Below, piece by piece: positions 27,421 to 37,589 of a stretch of DNA of 64,000 nt. Source of the DNA: an uncultured Elusimicrobia bacterium. Its GTDB lineage: Bacteria > Elusimicrobiota > Elusimicrobia > 2-01-FULL-59-12. Every line of letters begins with the position of its first letter. Position 1 is the first letter of the stretch. The notes under the pieces are model-generated. The model saw nothing but the letters and a program-made list of their open reading frames with translations, did not search any database and was not told the DNA's origin. The translations under genes were made by a program, and so were the position numbers. The stretch spans positions 1,120,001 to 1,184,000 of the forward strand of contig OY969767.1 of NCBI GenBank assembly GCA_963702895.1. Direction: 5' to 3'.

Positions 27421-29925
27421 TTATTTGATAACAATATTGACCAGCTTGTCGGGGACGACAATGGTTTTAACCACTGACTTTCCTGCTATGAGACTCTGAA
27501 CCTTGGGGTCTGCTAAGGCCTTGCGTTCGATCACATCTTTCGATGTCCCGGGCGCCATCTGCAGTCGTGAGCGTAGTTTACCATTAATCTGGACGACGAT
27601 TTCGACGATTTCCGCCGTGAGCCACTGGGCATCGGCCTTCGGCCAGGCTGAGGCCGAACAAAGACCCGGTTCGCCGAGGGTTTCCCAGAGTTCTTCCATC
27701 AAATGAGGTGCCACGGGGGACAGAAGCTGAAGCACCGCACGGACGGCTTCGCGAGACGTTGGATCGCCCAACGCGGGGTAGAGATAGAGCTCATTGACCA
27801 ACTCCATCACAGCGGCAATCGCGGTATTGATCTGGATTTCGACCCCATAATCAGCGGTGACTTTGTGGATCGCCCAATGCGTCTTTCGCTTAAGGCTCTT
27901 TTCTTGATCTGGGGTGGCTGTCCCGGACGAATGGGCTTTGGCCTGCGTGTCCTTCACGAGTCGCCAAACGCGGTTCAGAAAGCGCCAAGAGCCTTCGACG
28001 CCGGCATCGGACCATTCCAGCTGTTTCTCGGGGGGTGAGGCGAACAAGATGAAGAGGCGGGCCGTGTCCGCTCCGTATTTTGAAATGATGGCGTTCGGGT
28101 CAACCACATTCCCCCTGGATTTGGACATCGCGGCGCCTCCCAAGGTCACCATGCCTTGGGCGAGGAGCCGCTCGAAAGGCTCCTCGGAGCTGACCAACCC
28201 CAAGGCCTTCATGGCCTTGTGCCAGAAGCGCGAATAGATGAGATGCATGCAGGCATGTTCAATGCCGCCGATGTACTGGTTGACGGGCAGCCAGGGATTG
28301 ACCTCGCCGGGCGAAAAAGGCGCTGCCTGATTTTTAGAGTCTGCATAGCGCGCGAAGTACCAGGAGGAATCCACAAACGTGTCCATCGTATCGGTTTCTC
28401 TTTGGGCTTTTCCGCCACACTTGGGGCAGGTGGTGTTGACAAAGGAGGAAGATTGGGCCAGCGGTGATTGCCCTGTTCCCGTAAACGCAACCTCGGCAGG
28501 AAGGCGTACCGGGAGGTCTTGTTCAGGGACAGGCACAATCCCACAAGAAGCGCAGGTGAGCATGGGGATGGGCGTGCCCCAATAACGCTGCCTTGACACG
28601 AGCCAATCCCGGAGCTTATAGGTGATTGTGGGCTTGCCTTGTCCGCGCGCTTTGAGCCATTCCCCTACCTTGCGTTTGCCCTCTTGGGACGGCGTGTCGT
28701 TAAACTCGCCGGAATTCATCATGACCCCTTCGGCTTCGTAGGCACCCTCCCCCCTTGTGGGGGAGGAAGGAGGTGGGGGGCCACCCCTATCCCTGCCTTC
28801 CCCCATCAAGGGGGAAGGAGTGATCGGTCGGATGACTTGAATGATGGGAATTTTGTATTTCGTGGCAAACTCAAAATCGCGCTGGTCATGGGCCGGCACG
28901 GCCATGATGGCGCCTGTCCCATAGTCCATGACGACATAATCAGCCACCCAGATGGGCACCGGCTTTTGATTGACGGGGTTCATGGCGTTAACGCCCAGGG
29001 AGAAACCGGTTTTCTCATCGGTTTCCTGGCGTTGTCGCCTGCGTTCTCGCTGCCCCCGAAGGAGGGTCTCTAAGGCCGTGGATTTCCCCGCTTGCGCGGC
29101 GAGCTCTTGGGCGAGCGGATGTTCCGGGGAGAGCGCCATGAAGGTCGCTCCGAAGAGCGTGTCCGGGCGAGTCGTGAAGACGGTGATCGACTCTTTGCGT
29201 CCTTGGATCGGAAAGACGACTTCCGCTCCGTCACTTTGGCCGATCCAGTATTGCTGCATGGTGATCACTTCATCCGGCCATTTCCCCTTGAGCAGCTCAT
29301 GGCCCTGGAGCAGCGCTTCGGCGAAGGCCGTAATTTTAATGAACCATTGCTCGAGTTCCTTTTGCTGGACCACGGAATCGCACCTCCAGCATTGGCCGGA
29401 AGCGGACACCTGCTCGTTGGCCAGAACGGTCTGGCAGGAGGGACACCAGTTCACGGAAGCTTTTTTCTTGTAGACCCAGCTCTTTTCGAAAAACTTAATG
29501 AAAAACCACTGGTTCCAGCGGTAGTAATTCTCGTCACAGGTCGCGAGTTCCCTCTCCCAGTCATAGGAGATGCCCAGGGCCTTGAGTTGATCGCGCATGA
29601 TGGCGATGTTCTGACGCGTCCATTTCTCAGGATGGACCTTGTTTTTGATGGCGGCGTTTTCGGCCGGCAGGCCAAAGGCGTCCCAGCCAATGGGGTGCAG
29701 AACGTTTTCCCCCTTCATGCGGTGGAAGCGCGCGACGACATCCCCCAGGGTATAGTTGCGGACATGTCCCATATGGAGGCTGCCGGAAGGGTAAGGGAAC
29801 ATCTCCAGAGCGTAATAGCGCGGGCGGGGGTCGTTGGCTTTCGCGGCGAAGCACTTCTGCTTCTCCCATACCGCTTGCCATTTCTTTTCGATGGCCCGGA
29901 CGTCGTAAGTGTTCTTATGTTCCAT
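27421..29925 (-). CDS. leuS: Leucine--tRNA ligase
   Basis: MFPYPSGSLHMGH, TTRPDT, GTGAIMAVPAHDQRD, SRQRYWG, AMSKS. Confidence 0.98.
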   Translation of the reverse strand: MEHKNTYDVRAIEKKWQAVWEKQKCFAAKANDPRPRYYALEMFPYPSGSLHMGHVRNYTLGDVVARFHRMKGENVLHPIGWDAFGLPAENAAIKNKVHPEKWTRQNIAIMRDQLKALGISYDWERELATCDENYYRWNQWFFIKFFEKSWVYKKKASVNWCPSCQTVLANEQVSASGQCWRCDSVVQQKELEQWFIKITAFAEALLQGHELLKGKWPDEVITMQQYWIGQSDGAEVVFPIQGRKESITVFTTRPDTLFGATFMALSPEHPLAQELAAQAGKSTALETLLRGQRERRRQRQETDEKTGFSLGVNAMNPVNQKPVPIWVADYVVMDYGTGAIMAVPAHDQRDFEFATKYKIPIIQVIRPITPSPLMGEGRDRGGPPPPSSPTRGEGAYEAEGVMMNSGEFNDTPSQEGKRKVGEWLKARGQGKPTITYKLRDWLVSRQRYWGTPIPMLTCASCGIVPVPEQDLPVRLPAEVAFTGTGQSPLAQSSSFVNTTCPKCGGKAQRETDTMDTFVDSSWYFARYADSKNQAAPFSPGEVNPWLPVNQYIGGIEHACMHLIYSRFWHKAMKALGLVSSEEPFERLLAQGMVTLGGAAMSKSRGNVVDPNAIISKYGADTARLFILFASPPEKQLEWSDAGVEGSWRFLNRVWRLVKDTQAKAHSSGTATPDQEKSLKRKTHWAIHKVTADYGVEIQINTAIAAVMELVNELYLYPALGDPTSREAVRAVLQLLSPVAPHLMEELWETLGEPGLCSASAWPKADAQWLTAEIVEIVVQINGKLRSRLQMAPGTSKDVIERKALADPKVQSLIAGKSVVKTIVVPDKLVNIVIK
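28745..28822. repeat. REP-like doublet inserted in-frame in leuS
   Basis: ccctccccccttgtgggggagg ... ccttcccccatcaagggggaagg; translates as TPSPLMGEGRDRGGPPPPSSPTRGEG. Confidence 0.75.
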
Positions 29926-30591
29926 TTAAGCGCGCTGGAGCAGAAAAAAGGTTTCCTGGTTTCCCTTGCGACCTTTGAGGGACGAATCACACCGGTCGAG
30001 CAGGTTCAAACCGATGCGAGCGAAGAAGTCTTCGGTCCTTTTGAGAATCAACTGCCTCGTGGCCTCATCCCGCACAAATCCGCCCGGGGCTTCCTTGGGC
30101 GTTCCTTCAAACTGTGGCTTGACGAGTGTAAGGATGCGGCCATCATCCGTCAGGCATTCCAGGATTGGAGCCATTATTTTAGCAAGTGAAATAAAGGAAA
30201 GGTCGACGGTGACCACGTCAGGCTTTTCCGAGAGTTGTGAAAGGTCCATATGGCGGAAGTTCGTGCGTTCATGAAGTTCGACTCGCGGGTCCTTTCGAAG
30301 CCGGTAGTCCAGGAGGCCATAACCGACATCGATCGCGATCACTTTCCTGGCGCCGGCCTGCAGAAGGCAGTCGGTAAAGCCGCCGGTGGACGATCCGATG
30401 TCCATACAGACTTTATTTCGAATGGAAGTGCCAAAGTGGCGAAGTGCACCTGAGAGCTTGTGGCCGCCACGGGAGACGAACTTCTGTCCCCCTGGAGCGG
30501 GCGAACTGCCCTGGGCGGCACGTGAGATCAGGTCGGTTGGTTGGTCTCGGCGTGCGATGGACTTTCTGTTGGGAATCGGAGCCAGGCTCAG
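29926..30591 (-). CDS. tlyA: TlyA family rRNA 2'-O-methyltransferase (S4 domain not recognisable; probable CTG start)
   Basis: FVSRGGHKL lies upstream of the track start in the same frame, then DIGSSTGGFTDCLLQ, LVKPQFE, GNQE. Confidence 0.85.
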   Translation of the reverse strand: MSLAPIPNRKSIARRDQPTDLISRAAQGSSPAPGGQKFVSRGGHKLSGALRHFGTSIRNKVCMDIGSSTGGFTDCLLQAGARKVIAIDVGYGLLDYRLRKDPRVELHERTNFRHMDLSQLSEKPDVVTVDLSFISLAKIMAPILECLTDDGRILTLVKPQFEGTPKEAPGGFVRDEATRQLILKRTEDFFARIGLNLLDRCDSSLKGRKGNQETFFLLQRA

Positions 30592-32471
30592 CTCACAGGT
30601 TCAAGAGAAGGCCGTCGGTGCTTGAGGAACTCGAGTGTCGTATGAGCGATCTTCTCAGGGGAGAGCCCCACCATCTCGCGCAGGACGTTCTGCGGGCCGT
30701 GCTCAATAAACTTGTCGGGGATGCCGATGCGATGAATGCGCACGTCTGTTCCTTCCATCGCTTCCATGACCGCGCTGCCGAATCCTCCGGGGAGCACATG
30801 CTCTTCGATCGTGATGAAGTTCGGGGTCTGCCGGCAGAGCTGCAAGAGAAGGTCTTTATCGAGTGGTTTGACAAAACGCATGTTGACCACGCCACAGGGG
30901 ATGCCTTCCTTCTCAATAAGGGTCGCCGCCTTGAGCGCTGGATGCACCATGGCCCCGATGGCCAGAAGATACACTTCTTGCCCAGGTTTAAGCACGACAC
31001 CTTGGCCGATGGGAAGGGTCTTCAAGTCCCGGTCCAGAGGCACGCCTTCACCCGGACCGCGAGGGTAACGGAGGAGACAAGGCATGTTGTGGGAGAGGGC
31101 GGTCTTGAGCATATGTTGGAGTTCGTTTTCGTCGGCGGGGGCCATCACGACGAAATTCGGAATGATGCGGCTATATGCAAAATCAAGGACGCCATGATGC
31201 GTGGGTCCATCTTCACCGACAAGACCAGCCCGGTCTAGGGCCAAGACGACGGGCAGCTTTTGCAGGGCCACGTCGTGATGCATCTGGTCAAAACCTCGCT
31301 GCATGAACGTGGAATAGATGGCGGCGACGGGTCTAAGTCCTTCACAGGCCATGCCAGCGGCAAAAGTGACCGCATGTTCTTCCGCCAGGCCCACATCAAA
31401 AAAGCGCGAGGGGATTTCCTTGCGGAAAAGATCGGTGCCCGTTCCTTCCGGCATCGCGGCGGTGATGCAGGTGATGCGCGGGTCTTCTTTGGCGAGCCGG
31501 ACCAGTGTTTCTCCAAAAACCGTTTGATAAGCCGGAGGAGGCGGTGAGCTGGGCTTGAGCAGCGTTCCCGTTTTGACATCGAATTTTCCGGGGCCATGCC
31601 ACGTGTAGGGGTCTCGTTCAGCGTAATCGTAGCCTTTGCCTTTTTTCGTGATGATGTGGAGGAGGACCGGGCCCTTGAGTGTTTTGATGTTTTGCAGGAC
31701 TTCCACCAATTTGTCGACGTCATGGCCATCGACCGGACCAAAGTAGGAAAACCCCAACTCTTCAAAGAGCATGCCGGGGAAGAGCAGCACGCGCATACGC
31801 TTGGCGACACGTAAGAGGCCGGCGCCATAGAACTGGATGCGTTTCAGAAATTTCTCAACTTCCGCTTCAAGCTTTTTGGCAAGACCTCCCGTGAGGAGCT
31901 TGGTCAAGAAAGCGCCGAGCGCGCCGACGCGGTTGGAGATGAACATTTCGTTGTCGTTAAGGACCACCAGAAGGTCCGAGCCGACATGGCCGGCATTCTG
32001 AAGTCCTTCAAAGGACATACCGCCCGTGATGCAGCCGTCGCTCACGATCGCCACGACGCGGTGGTCCTGTTTGTTTTGATCGCGGGCCACGGCCATGCCG
32101 AGCGCCGCTGAAATCGCGGTGGAGGCGTGGCCCGCGCCAAAGGCATCGTAGGGAGACTCATCGCGCCTCAGGAAGCCGGAGAGGCCGTTCATCTGCCGGA
32201 TGGTGTCAAAGCGGTCTTTGCGGCCGGTCAGGAGCTTGTGCCCGTAGGTCTGGTGGCCGGTGTCCCATACGATTTTGTCTTGGGGCGTGTTAAAAACGTA
32301 ATGAAGGGCAATGGTGAGTTCTGTGGCACCGAGCGAAGACCCCAGATGGCCGCCTCGCGACGAAACAACATCGAGGATTCGGTCGCGCATTTCGCGGGCA
32401 AGCTGCGGTAGCTGTTCGCGGCGCAGTTGGCGGACGTCACGTGCGTCTTTGATTTGGTCAAGAAGTCCCAT
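30588..32471 (-). CDS. dxs: 1-deoxy-D-xylulose-5-phosphate synthase
   Basis: GGHLGSSLG, WDTGHQ, GAGHASTAISA, LNDNEM, DRAGLVGEDGPTHHG. Confidence 0.97.
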   Translation of the reverse strand: MGLLDQIKDARDVRQLRREQLPQLAREMRDRILDVVSSRGGHLGSSLGATELTIALHYVFNTPQDKIVWDTGHQTYGHKLLTGRKDRFDTIRQMNGLSGFLRRDESPYDAFGAGHASTAISAALGMAVARDQNKQDHRVVAIVSDGCITGGMSFEGLQNAGHVGSDLLVVLNDNEMFISNRVGALGAFLTKLLTGGLAKKLEAEVEKFLKRIQFYGAGLLRVAKRMRVLLFPGMLFEELGFSYFGPVDGHDVDKLVEVLQNIKTLKGPVLLHIITKKGKGYDYAERDPYTWHGPGKFDVKTGTLLKPSSPPPPAYQTVFGETLVRLAKEDPRITCITAAMPEGTGTDLFRKEIPSRFFDVGLAEEHAVTFAAGMACEGLRPVAAIYSTFMQRGFDQMHHDVALQKLPVVLALDRAGLVGEDGPTHHGVLDFAYSRIIPNFVVMAPADENELQHMLKTALSHNMPCLLRYPRGPGEGVPLDRDLKTLPIGQGVVLKPGQEVYLLAIGAMVHPALKAATLIEKEGIPCGVVNMRFVKPLDKDLLLQLCRQTPNFITIEEHVLPGGFGSAVMEAMEGTDVRIHRIGIPDKFIEHGPQNVLREMVGLSPEKIAHTTLEFLKHRRPSLEPVS

Positions 32472-32472
32472 T

Positions 32473-33384
32473 CTAGTGGTCCCTTTCAATGATGTAATTG
32501 GCGAGCTGCTTGAGGACCTGGGCGCGTTTCCCAAAGGGCGCCAGGGCCTTCTTCGCGTCTTCGATGAGCAGCTGAGCCTTTGTTCTCGACTCTTCCAGGC
32601 CATAAAGTGCCGGGAAGGTCAGTTTTTCGTTCTTCGCGTCAGAGCCGCTCTTGCCGAGCTTCGTTTTGTCCGCCACAACGTCCAAAACATCATCAGCGAT
32701 CTGAAACGCCAGGCCGATTTTCTCCCCATAGTCGCCCAGGGCGGAGAACTGTCGGGGGGTAGCGCCGGACAGAGCGGCACCGGCTTGGAGGCTGGCGCGA
32801 ATCAGCGCGGCGGTCTTATGCCTGTGTATGGCGGAGATCAAAGCGGCCTGGTTCTGGTGCTTCTTCCACTGGCCGCCGTCGGCCTGGATGTCCATGACCT
32901 GCCCGCCCACCATCCCGAAGGTCCCCGCGCCGTGTGCGATCAACTGAACCACAGTCGGGACCAAGAAGGGCCGCACGCCGCGTATTTTAGCATTTTGGGC
33001 GATGAGCTCGAAGGCCTTGGTCAAGAGGGCGTCTCCCGCCAAAATGGCGATCGCTTCCCCATAGACTTTATGGTTGGTGGGACGTCCCCGGCGGAGATCA
33101 TCATCGTCCATGGCGGGGAGGTCGTCATGGACCAGAGAATAGGTGTGGATGAGCTCCATCGCGGCGGCCGTGGGCAGGGCGATTTCCGGCTTTTTGCCGC
33201 ATATTTCGGCGCCCATGAGGACGAGCACCGGCCGGAGCCTTTTACCCCCGGCGAAGACGGAATAGCGCATGGCTTCGTAGATGAGCTCGGGGTTGGACGT
33301 GGTCTTGTCCATGTAGTGGTCAAGCGCCTTTTCCACCATTTTTCGGCGCGTTTCGAAATAGCTGTGCAGCGGCTCCGGCATCAT
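32473..33384 (-). CDS. ispA: Farnesyl diphosphate synthase
   Basis: GGKRLRP, LVHDDLPAMDDDDLRRG, FQIADDVLD. Confidence 0.95.
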   Translation of the reverse strand: MMPEPLHSYFETRRKMVEKALDHYMDKTTSNPELIYEAMRYSVFAGGKRLRPVLVLMGAEICGKKPEIALPTAAAMELIHTYSLVHDDLPAMDDDDLRRGRPTNHKVYGEAIAILAGDALLTKAFELIAQNAKIRGVRPFLVPTVVQLIAHGAGTFGMVGGQVMDIQADGGQWKKHQNQAALISAIHRHKTAALIRASLQAGAALSGATPRQFSALGDYGEKIGLAFQIADDVLDVVADKTKLGKSGSDAKNEKLTFPALYGLEESRTKAQLLIEDAKKALAPFGKRAQVLKQLANYIIERDH

Positions 33385-33413
33385 AGGGGCGCTATTGTAC
33401 CTAAATTCTGGTC

Positions 33414-34217
33414 CTACGCTTCAGACAGGGTGTCGGAGAGCGGCACAAGTTCTGAGAAGCGCTGGATGGAGCGGGCTCGGCCGGTCAGTTCATCGACATC
33501 GAGCACGCAGCCGCACACCAAGGCATCTCCCGCGGCGACCTGGAGGGGTTGATGCAGGCCGGTGGTGAAGCGCTTCATGGTGCTGTTGATGTCGGCGCCG
33601 ATGATGCTGTTGAGCGGCCCGCAGGCGCCGATATCGGTGATAAAAGCGGTGCCCCCCGGGAGTATTCGATCATCGGCCGTTTGAACGTGGGTGTGCGTCC
33701 CAATCGCGGCGCTCGCGCGGCCGTCGATGTGCCAGGCGAGCGCCGCCTTTTCCGATGTGATTTCCGCGTGCAGATCAACCACGATGACTTTCGTCTCTTC
33801 CCTCAGTTTGGCGAGCTCCACGTCCGCGGTCTGAAAAGGGCAATCGGTGAGCGGCATGTAGACCCGTCCCATGAGTTGGAGGACCGCGACAAAGCTTCCT
33901 GACTTGGTTTCATAGACGCCCGAGCCATGGCCGGGGACCTTGGCGGGGTAGTTGGCCGGTCTCAGGAGCCGCGGGTCCTCGATGATGGCCTGGATTTCTT
34001 TGCGGTCGAAAGTGTGGTTGCCCATGGTAATGACATCGACACCTTCTTTCCACATTTCCTCGGCGTGTTTGGGGGAGAGGCCTTTCCCGTGGGCGGCATT
34101 TTCGGCGTTGACAATAATGAAATCCGGATGATGGGCGGCTCGCGCGCGCGGCAATACGGTGTAGAGCCCCTCGCGGCCTGAACGGCCAATCACATCACCA
34201 AAGAAAAGGATTTTCAT
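33414..34217 (-). CDS. YmdB/TIGR00282 metallophosphoesterase
   Basis: GDVIG, NAEN, TMGNH, RPANYP, DLHAEITSEK, GTHTHV. Confidence 0.95.
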   Translation of the reverse strand: MKILFFGDVIGRSGREGLYTVLPRARAAHHPDFIIVNAENAAHGKGLSPKHAEEMWKEGVDVITMGNHTFDRKEIQAIIEDPRLLRPANYPAKVPGHGSGVYETKSGSFVAVLQLMGRVYMPLTDCPFQTADVELAKLREETKVIVVDLHAEITSEKAALAWHIDGRASAAIGTHTHVQTADDRILPGGTAFITDIGACGPLNSIIGADINSTMKRFTTGLHQPLQVAAGDALVCGCVLDVDELTGRARSIQRFSELVPLSDTLSEA

Positions 34218-34221
34218 CAGC

Positions 34222-34884
34222 TTATTTCTTCGCCTTCGATCGCGGCGTTGTGAGAGGTTGTTGTTCCGTGCGGCCGGCGCCTTTGTCCTGCCCTTCGATG
34301 GGAGCGAGTGTCGGGGCAATGATTTGTTTTTCAGTCACGATGAAGTGCATGCGGATGTCATGGGTTTCCATGGGCAGATCCACGTGCGCGACTTGATTTT
34401 CAAAGGCCAGTGCCATGCGCACAGCCTTGGGCATGAAGGGAAGAAGCTTGTCGAAATAGCCCCCTCCAAACCCAAGCCGAGTCCCAAGGCGATCAAACGC
34501 GATCCCAGGGATAAGCGCCAGATCTACCTGCGCCGGGTCCACCAACCTTCTAAACTGTGGGTCCACTTGAAGAATCCCGCGGTGCGTGGTGGTGAGTTCT
34601 CCAAAGCGCTTGATTTCAGAAATCGGCGTTCCGTGACGTTCCGCATCGTGAATGGGGATCATCACACGCTTACGGAAGCGCAGGGCCTCCTGGATGATCG
34701 TATGGGTTTCCACTTCGGATCCGAAGGAGACGTAACAAAGAATGCGCTCGGCCGATTTCCAGGCGGGGTGCCCCAAGATGCGCTGGCGGATCATGGAGCT
34801 GTGCCTGAGCCTCAAGTCCTCTTCGAGGCCATCGCGCTTCTTTAAGAATTCTTTTCGGAGGGTCGCTTTGTCTGGGATCTCCAT
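34222..34884 (-). CDS. 5-formyltetrahydrofolate cyclo-ligase
   Basis: EVET, IPGIAFDRLGTRLGFGGGYFD, HDI. Confidence 0.95.
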   Translation of the reverse strand: MEIPDKATLRKEFLKKRDGLEEDLRLRHSSMIRQRILGHPAWKSAERILCYVSFGSEVETHTIIQEALRFRKRVMIPIHDAERHGTPISEIKRFGELTTTHRGILQVDPQFRRLVDPAQVDLALIPGIAFDRLGTRLGFGGGYFDKLLPFMPKAVRMALAFENQVAHVDLPMETHDIRMHFIVTEKQIIAPTLAPIEGQDKGAGRTEQQPLTTPRSKAKK

Positions 34885-36200
34885 AAGGATAATCGTTTCC
34901 TGATCTCCGCTTCATAGCCCAGATCCGTGGGTTCATAAAAACCGGTCGGGTTGGGCCAATAGTTCTGTGGAACAAAGTGGCCCGGGTAGTCGTGGGGATA
35001 GAGATAACCCTGGCCATGGCCGAGCCCCTCCCGGTCGAGCGTCGCATCCTTCAGGTGGTTCGGCACTTCACGCATGGTGCCGGATTCTACTTCTTTTAAG
35101 GCTTGCTCTCCCGCCAGATAGGCCGCGTTCGATTTTGGAGCGGTGGCAATATAGGTGGCGGCTTGCGCCAGCGCAATGCGGCCTTCGGGCATGCCCACAA
35201 ACTCGACCGCAGCCAAGGCCGCGTGCGCCACAAGCAGTGCCCTTGGATCGGCGTTGCCCACATCTTCCGAAGCCGAGATAATGAGGCGCCGGGCGATAAA
35301 GCGTGGGTCGTCACCGGCCTTAAGGAGCCGGGCCATCCAGTAAAGCGCGGCGTCGGGATCTCCCCCGCGCAGGGACTTGATAAAGGCGGAGGCGATATCG
35401 TAATGCTGGTCCCCCGCTTTGTCATGGACCAGGGCGCGCTTTTGGACGCATTCCTCGGCGATTTTAAGCGTGATGAGCACCCGCCCCGCGGAGTCGGCAG
35501 GAGTGGTGAGCCCGGCGAGTTCCAGCGCGTTCAACAGGCGGCGCGCATCACCGCTGGCTTGCTGGATCAAGTGAGAGCGAGCCTCGGCTTCGAGCTGGAT
35601 GCGCAGTTGGCCGAGACCTCGCTCGCGGTCCGATAACGCAGAAGCGAGCACCTTCTCCAGTGCGTCTTCCGCCAGTGGCTTAAACTCAAAGACCTGAGCG
35701 CGCGACGTGAGCGCCGAGTTGACGTAGAAATAGGGGTTTTCCGTGGTCAGGCCGATCAGGGTAAAGAGCCCCCGCTCAACGTCCGGGAGGAGCGCGTCCT
35801 GCTGGGCCCGGTTGAAGCGGTGGATCTCATCGAGGATGAGGAGTGTTTTCTGGCCAGAGCTTTGGCGTCTTTCCTTGGCGCGGCTCATCACGGTGCGAAT
35901 GTCTGCGACACCTGCCGTGACAGCGTTCATTTCCTCGACCGCTGCCTGGGTTTTTCGCGCGATGAGCCTCGCGAGCGCAGACTTGCCGCATCCCGGCGGG
36001 CCAAAGAAGATGGCGGAGCTTAAACGGTCCGCCCGCACGGCGCGCCAGAGGAGTTTCCCTTCGCCGAGCAAATGGTCTTGTCCAGCCCATTCCTCAAGGG
36101 TACGAGGCGACATCCGGAGCGCCAGCGGCTCGGTGGTGGCGGCGGCCTCTGCCGGACGGCTAAAGAGTGACAACGTTGACGAAGACTCTGTTTTTGGCAT
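34842..36200 (-). CDS. rarA: Replication-associated recombination protein A
   Basis: PLALRMSP, GPPGCGKS, DEIHRFNRAQQD, TTENP, SAFIKSLRGGDPDAA, YLYPHD. Confidence 0.96.
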   Translation of the reverse strand: MPKTESSSTLSLFSRPAEAAATTEPLALRMSPRTLEEWAGQDHLLGEGKLLWRAVRADRLSSAIFFGPPGCGKSALARLIARKTQAAVEEMNAVTAGVADIRTVMSRAKERRQSSGQKTLLILDEIHRFNRAQQDALLPDVERGLFTLIGLTTENPYFYVNSALTSRAQVFEFKPLAEDALEKVLASALSDRERGLGQLRIQLEAEARSHLIQQASGDARRLLNALELAGLTTPADSAGRVLITLKIAEECVQKRALVHDKAGDQHYDIASAFIKSLRGGDPDAALYWMARLLKAGDDPRFIARRLIISASEDVGNADPRALLVAHAALAAVEFVGMPEGRIALAQAATYIATAPKSNAAYLAGEQALKEVESGTMREVPNHLKDATLDREGLGHGQGYLYPHDYPGHFVPQNYWPNPTGFYEPTDLGYEAEIRKRLSLWRSQTKRPSEKNS

Positions 36201-36220
36201 AAGACGGATGTGCGCAGTTG

Positions 36221-36511
36221 TTAGAGGCCGGAGGTGGCCTGTTCGAGCATCTTGATCCAATCGGCAGCTTTGCTTTCCAAATCCTTGGAACTCGAGCCTT
36301 TGGCTTCTTGGAGACGAAAGAGCTCATCGGTGATGTTCATGGCAGTCATCACTGAGAGTTTGTAGGAGTCGATCACCTTTGACCCTTGCTTCATCTCTTG
36401 CATCTTTTCTTCCACATATTGGGCAAGACGATTGACGTAAAGCTCATCGCCGGGGTTCGCTTCGACAGGGTACTCATGTCCCATGATCTGCACGTACATC
36501 ACGTTTTTCAT
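36221..36511 (-). CDS. zapA: Cell division protein ZapA
   Basis: VQIMGHEY...LAQYVEEKM...VMTAMNITDEL. Confidence 0.88.
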   Translation of the reverse strand: MKNVMYVQIMGHEYPVEANPGDELYVNRLAQYVEEKMQEMKQGSKVIDSYKLSVMTAMNITDELFRLQEAKGSSSKDLESKAADWIKMLEQATSGL

Positions 36512-36759
36512 GACGACCTCATATGATTCAGAGCTGCCAGGGCCCGTTCCACGCGGTGCGTGGCGGCATCGTGCTTTTTACGGAGTTGGTCCATATCGGC
36601 CATGGCGCGCTGAGCTTTGTGATTTTCGCCGGCGAGCATGGTGACTTGGGATTTTAAGGAGTCGCGCTCGGTTTTGAGATATTGGTTCTCCCTGCGAAGG
36701 GACCCAATCACTTCAACTACTCTTTTTATTTTTGCTTCTAGCTCTTCGGTTTTGCTCAC
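36508..36759 (-). CDS. Coiled-coil protein (ZapB-like)
   Basis: Heptad coiled coil immediately upstream of zapA. Confidence 0.7.
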   Translation of the reverse strand: MSKTEELEAKIKRVVEVIGSLRRENQYLKTERDSLKSQVTMLAGENHKAQRAMADMDQLRKKHDAATHRVERALAALNHMRSS

Positions 36760-36800
36760 GTCGTGATCATACTACTTGACCGCCGTCGGGCTCAAGCGCG

Positions 36801-37151
36801 TTAGGCGGCTTTACGGCCTTTGCGAGGGATAATGGCGAGGTCCATGCCAAAAGCACGGAGAATCTGGTGAAGGCTTGCGATTTCCGGATTGCCTTTGTCG
36901 GAGAGAAGGCGATAGAGATGCCCCCGATTCATATGCAGCCGGCGCGAAAGCGCGAGAAGCCCCCCTTGCGCCTCGGCGACATTGCGCAGTGCGATCAGGA
37001 AATGTTTTCTGTCCCCTTCTTCCAGAGCGGCGTTGAGATACGCACAGGCTTCGAGCGGTTCTTTAAGATCTTTGATCAGTTCATCGTGGTAGCTAACACT
37101 CGGTTCCACGTATTCTCCTTTGATAGTCTTCCCAGTATGTTTTGGCTTCAT
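36801..37151 (-). CDS. Addiction module antidote protein (HTH antitoxin)
   Basis: YLNAALEEGD..FLIALRNVAEAQGG..LYRLLSDKGNP. Confidence 0.88.
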   Translation of the reverse strand: MKPKHTGKTIKGEYVEPSVSYHDELIKDLKEPLEACAYLNAALEEGDRKHFLIALRNVAEAQGGLLALSRRLHMNRGHLYRLLSDKGNPEIASLHQILRAFGMDLAIIPRKGRKAA

Positions 37152-37440
37152 CAATGTCCCTTTGTTGTGTACTCTTATCGCCACCGATTAAGAGGATTAT
37201 GAGTGAGAATCCGTCACAGCCAAAATAGATCCTATACCCCGGGCCCCAATTGATTTTAAGTTCTGAAACCCCCTGGCCTATCGGCCGCCAGTATCCCGGA
37301 TTGCCTTCGGAGAATCGCTCAAGCCTATTGCGTAAAACAGACCGAGCTTTACGGTCTCTGAGGCCTCTTAGCCACTCCATGAAAGGCATCCGGCCGCTCG
37401 GAAGTGTATAGGGCCTGAGTTCCTTGGGCCCCTCTAGCAT
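37093..37440 (-). CDS. Addiction module killer protein (RelE/HigB-like toxin)
   Basis: PFMEWL..RL.R..GN.G, GVSELKINWGPGYRIYF, LLIGGDKSTQQRDI..A..YW. Confidence 0.9.
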   Translation of the reverse strand: MLEGPKELRPYTLPSGRMPFMEWLRGLRDRKARSVLRNRLERFSEGNPGYWRPIGQGVSELKINWGPGYRIYFGCDGFSLIILLIGGDKSTQQRDIDEAKTYWEDYQRRIRGTEC

Positions 37441-37589
37441 GGCCGGCTCTCAGGATTGTACGGTATAGCGTGCAGATTTTCAAGGCATGTCCTCATATCC
37501 CTTAGATGCAGAAGGGCGATTCATATTCACGCGGTCGTCGGAAAAAAAGAATACAGCGGAGACGACATATGTCGTCTCCGCCGTTTGCC

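Noticed and set aside
29092..33552. Long antisense ORFs (29092-30189, 32311-33552; likewise 22382-23392, 44161-45099, 48308-49231, 52368-53777)
   Set aside because: Shadow frames opposite well-conserved genes in GC-rich DNA, with no motifs.
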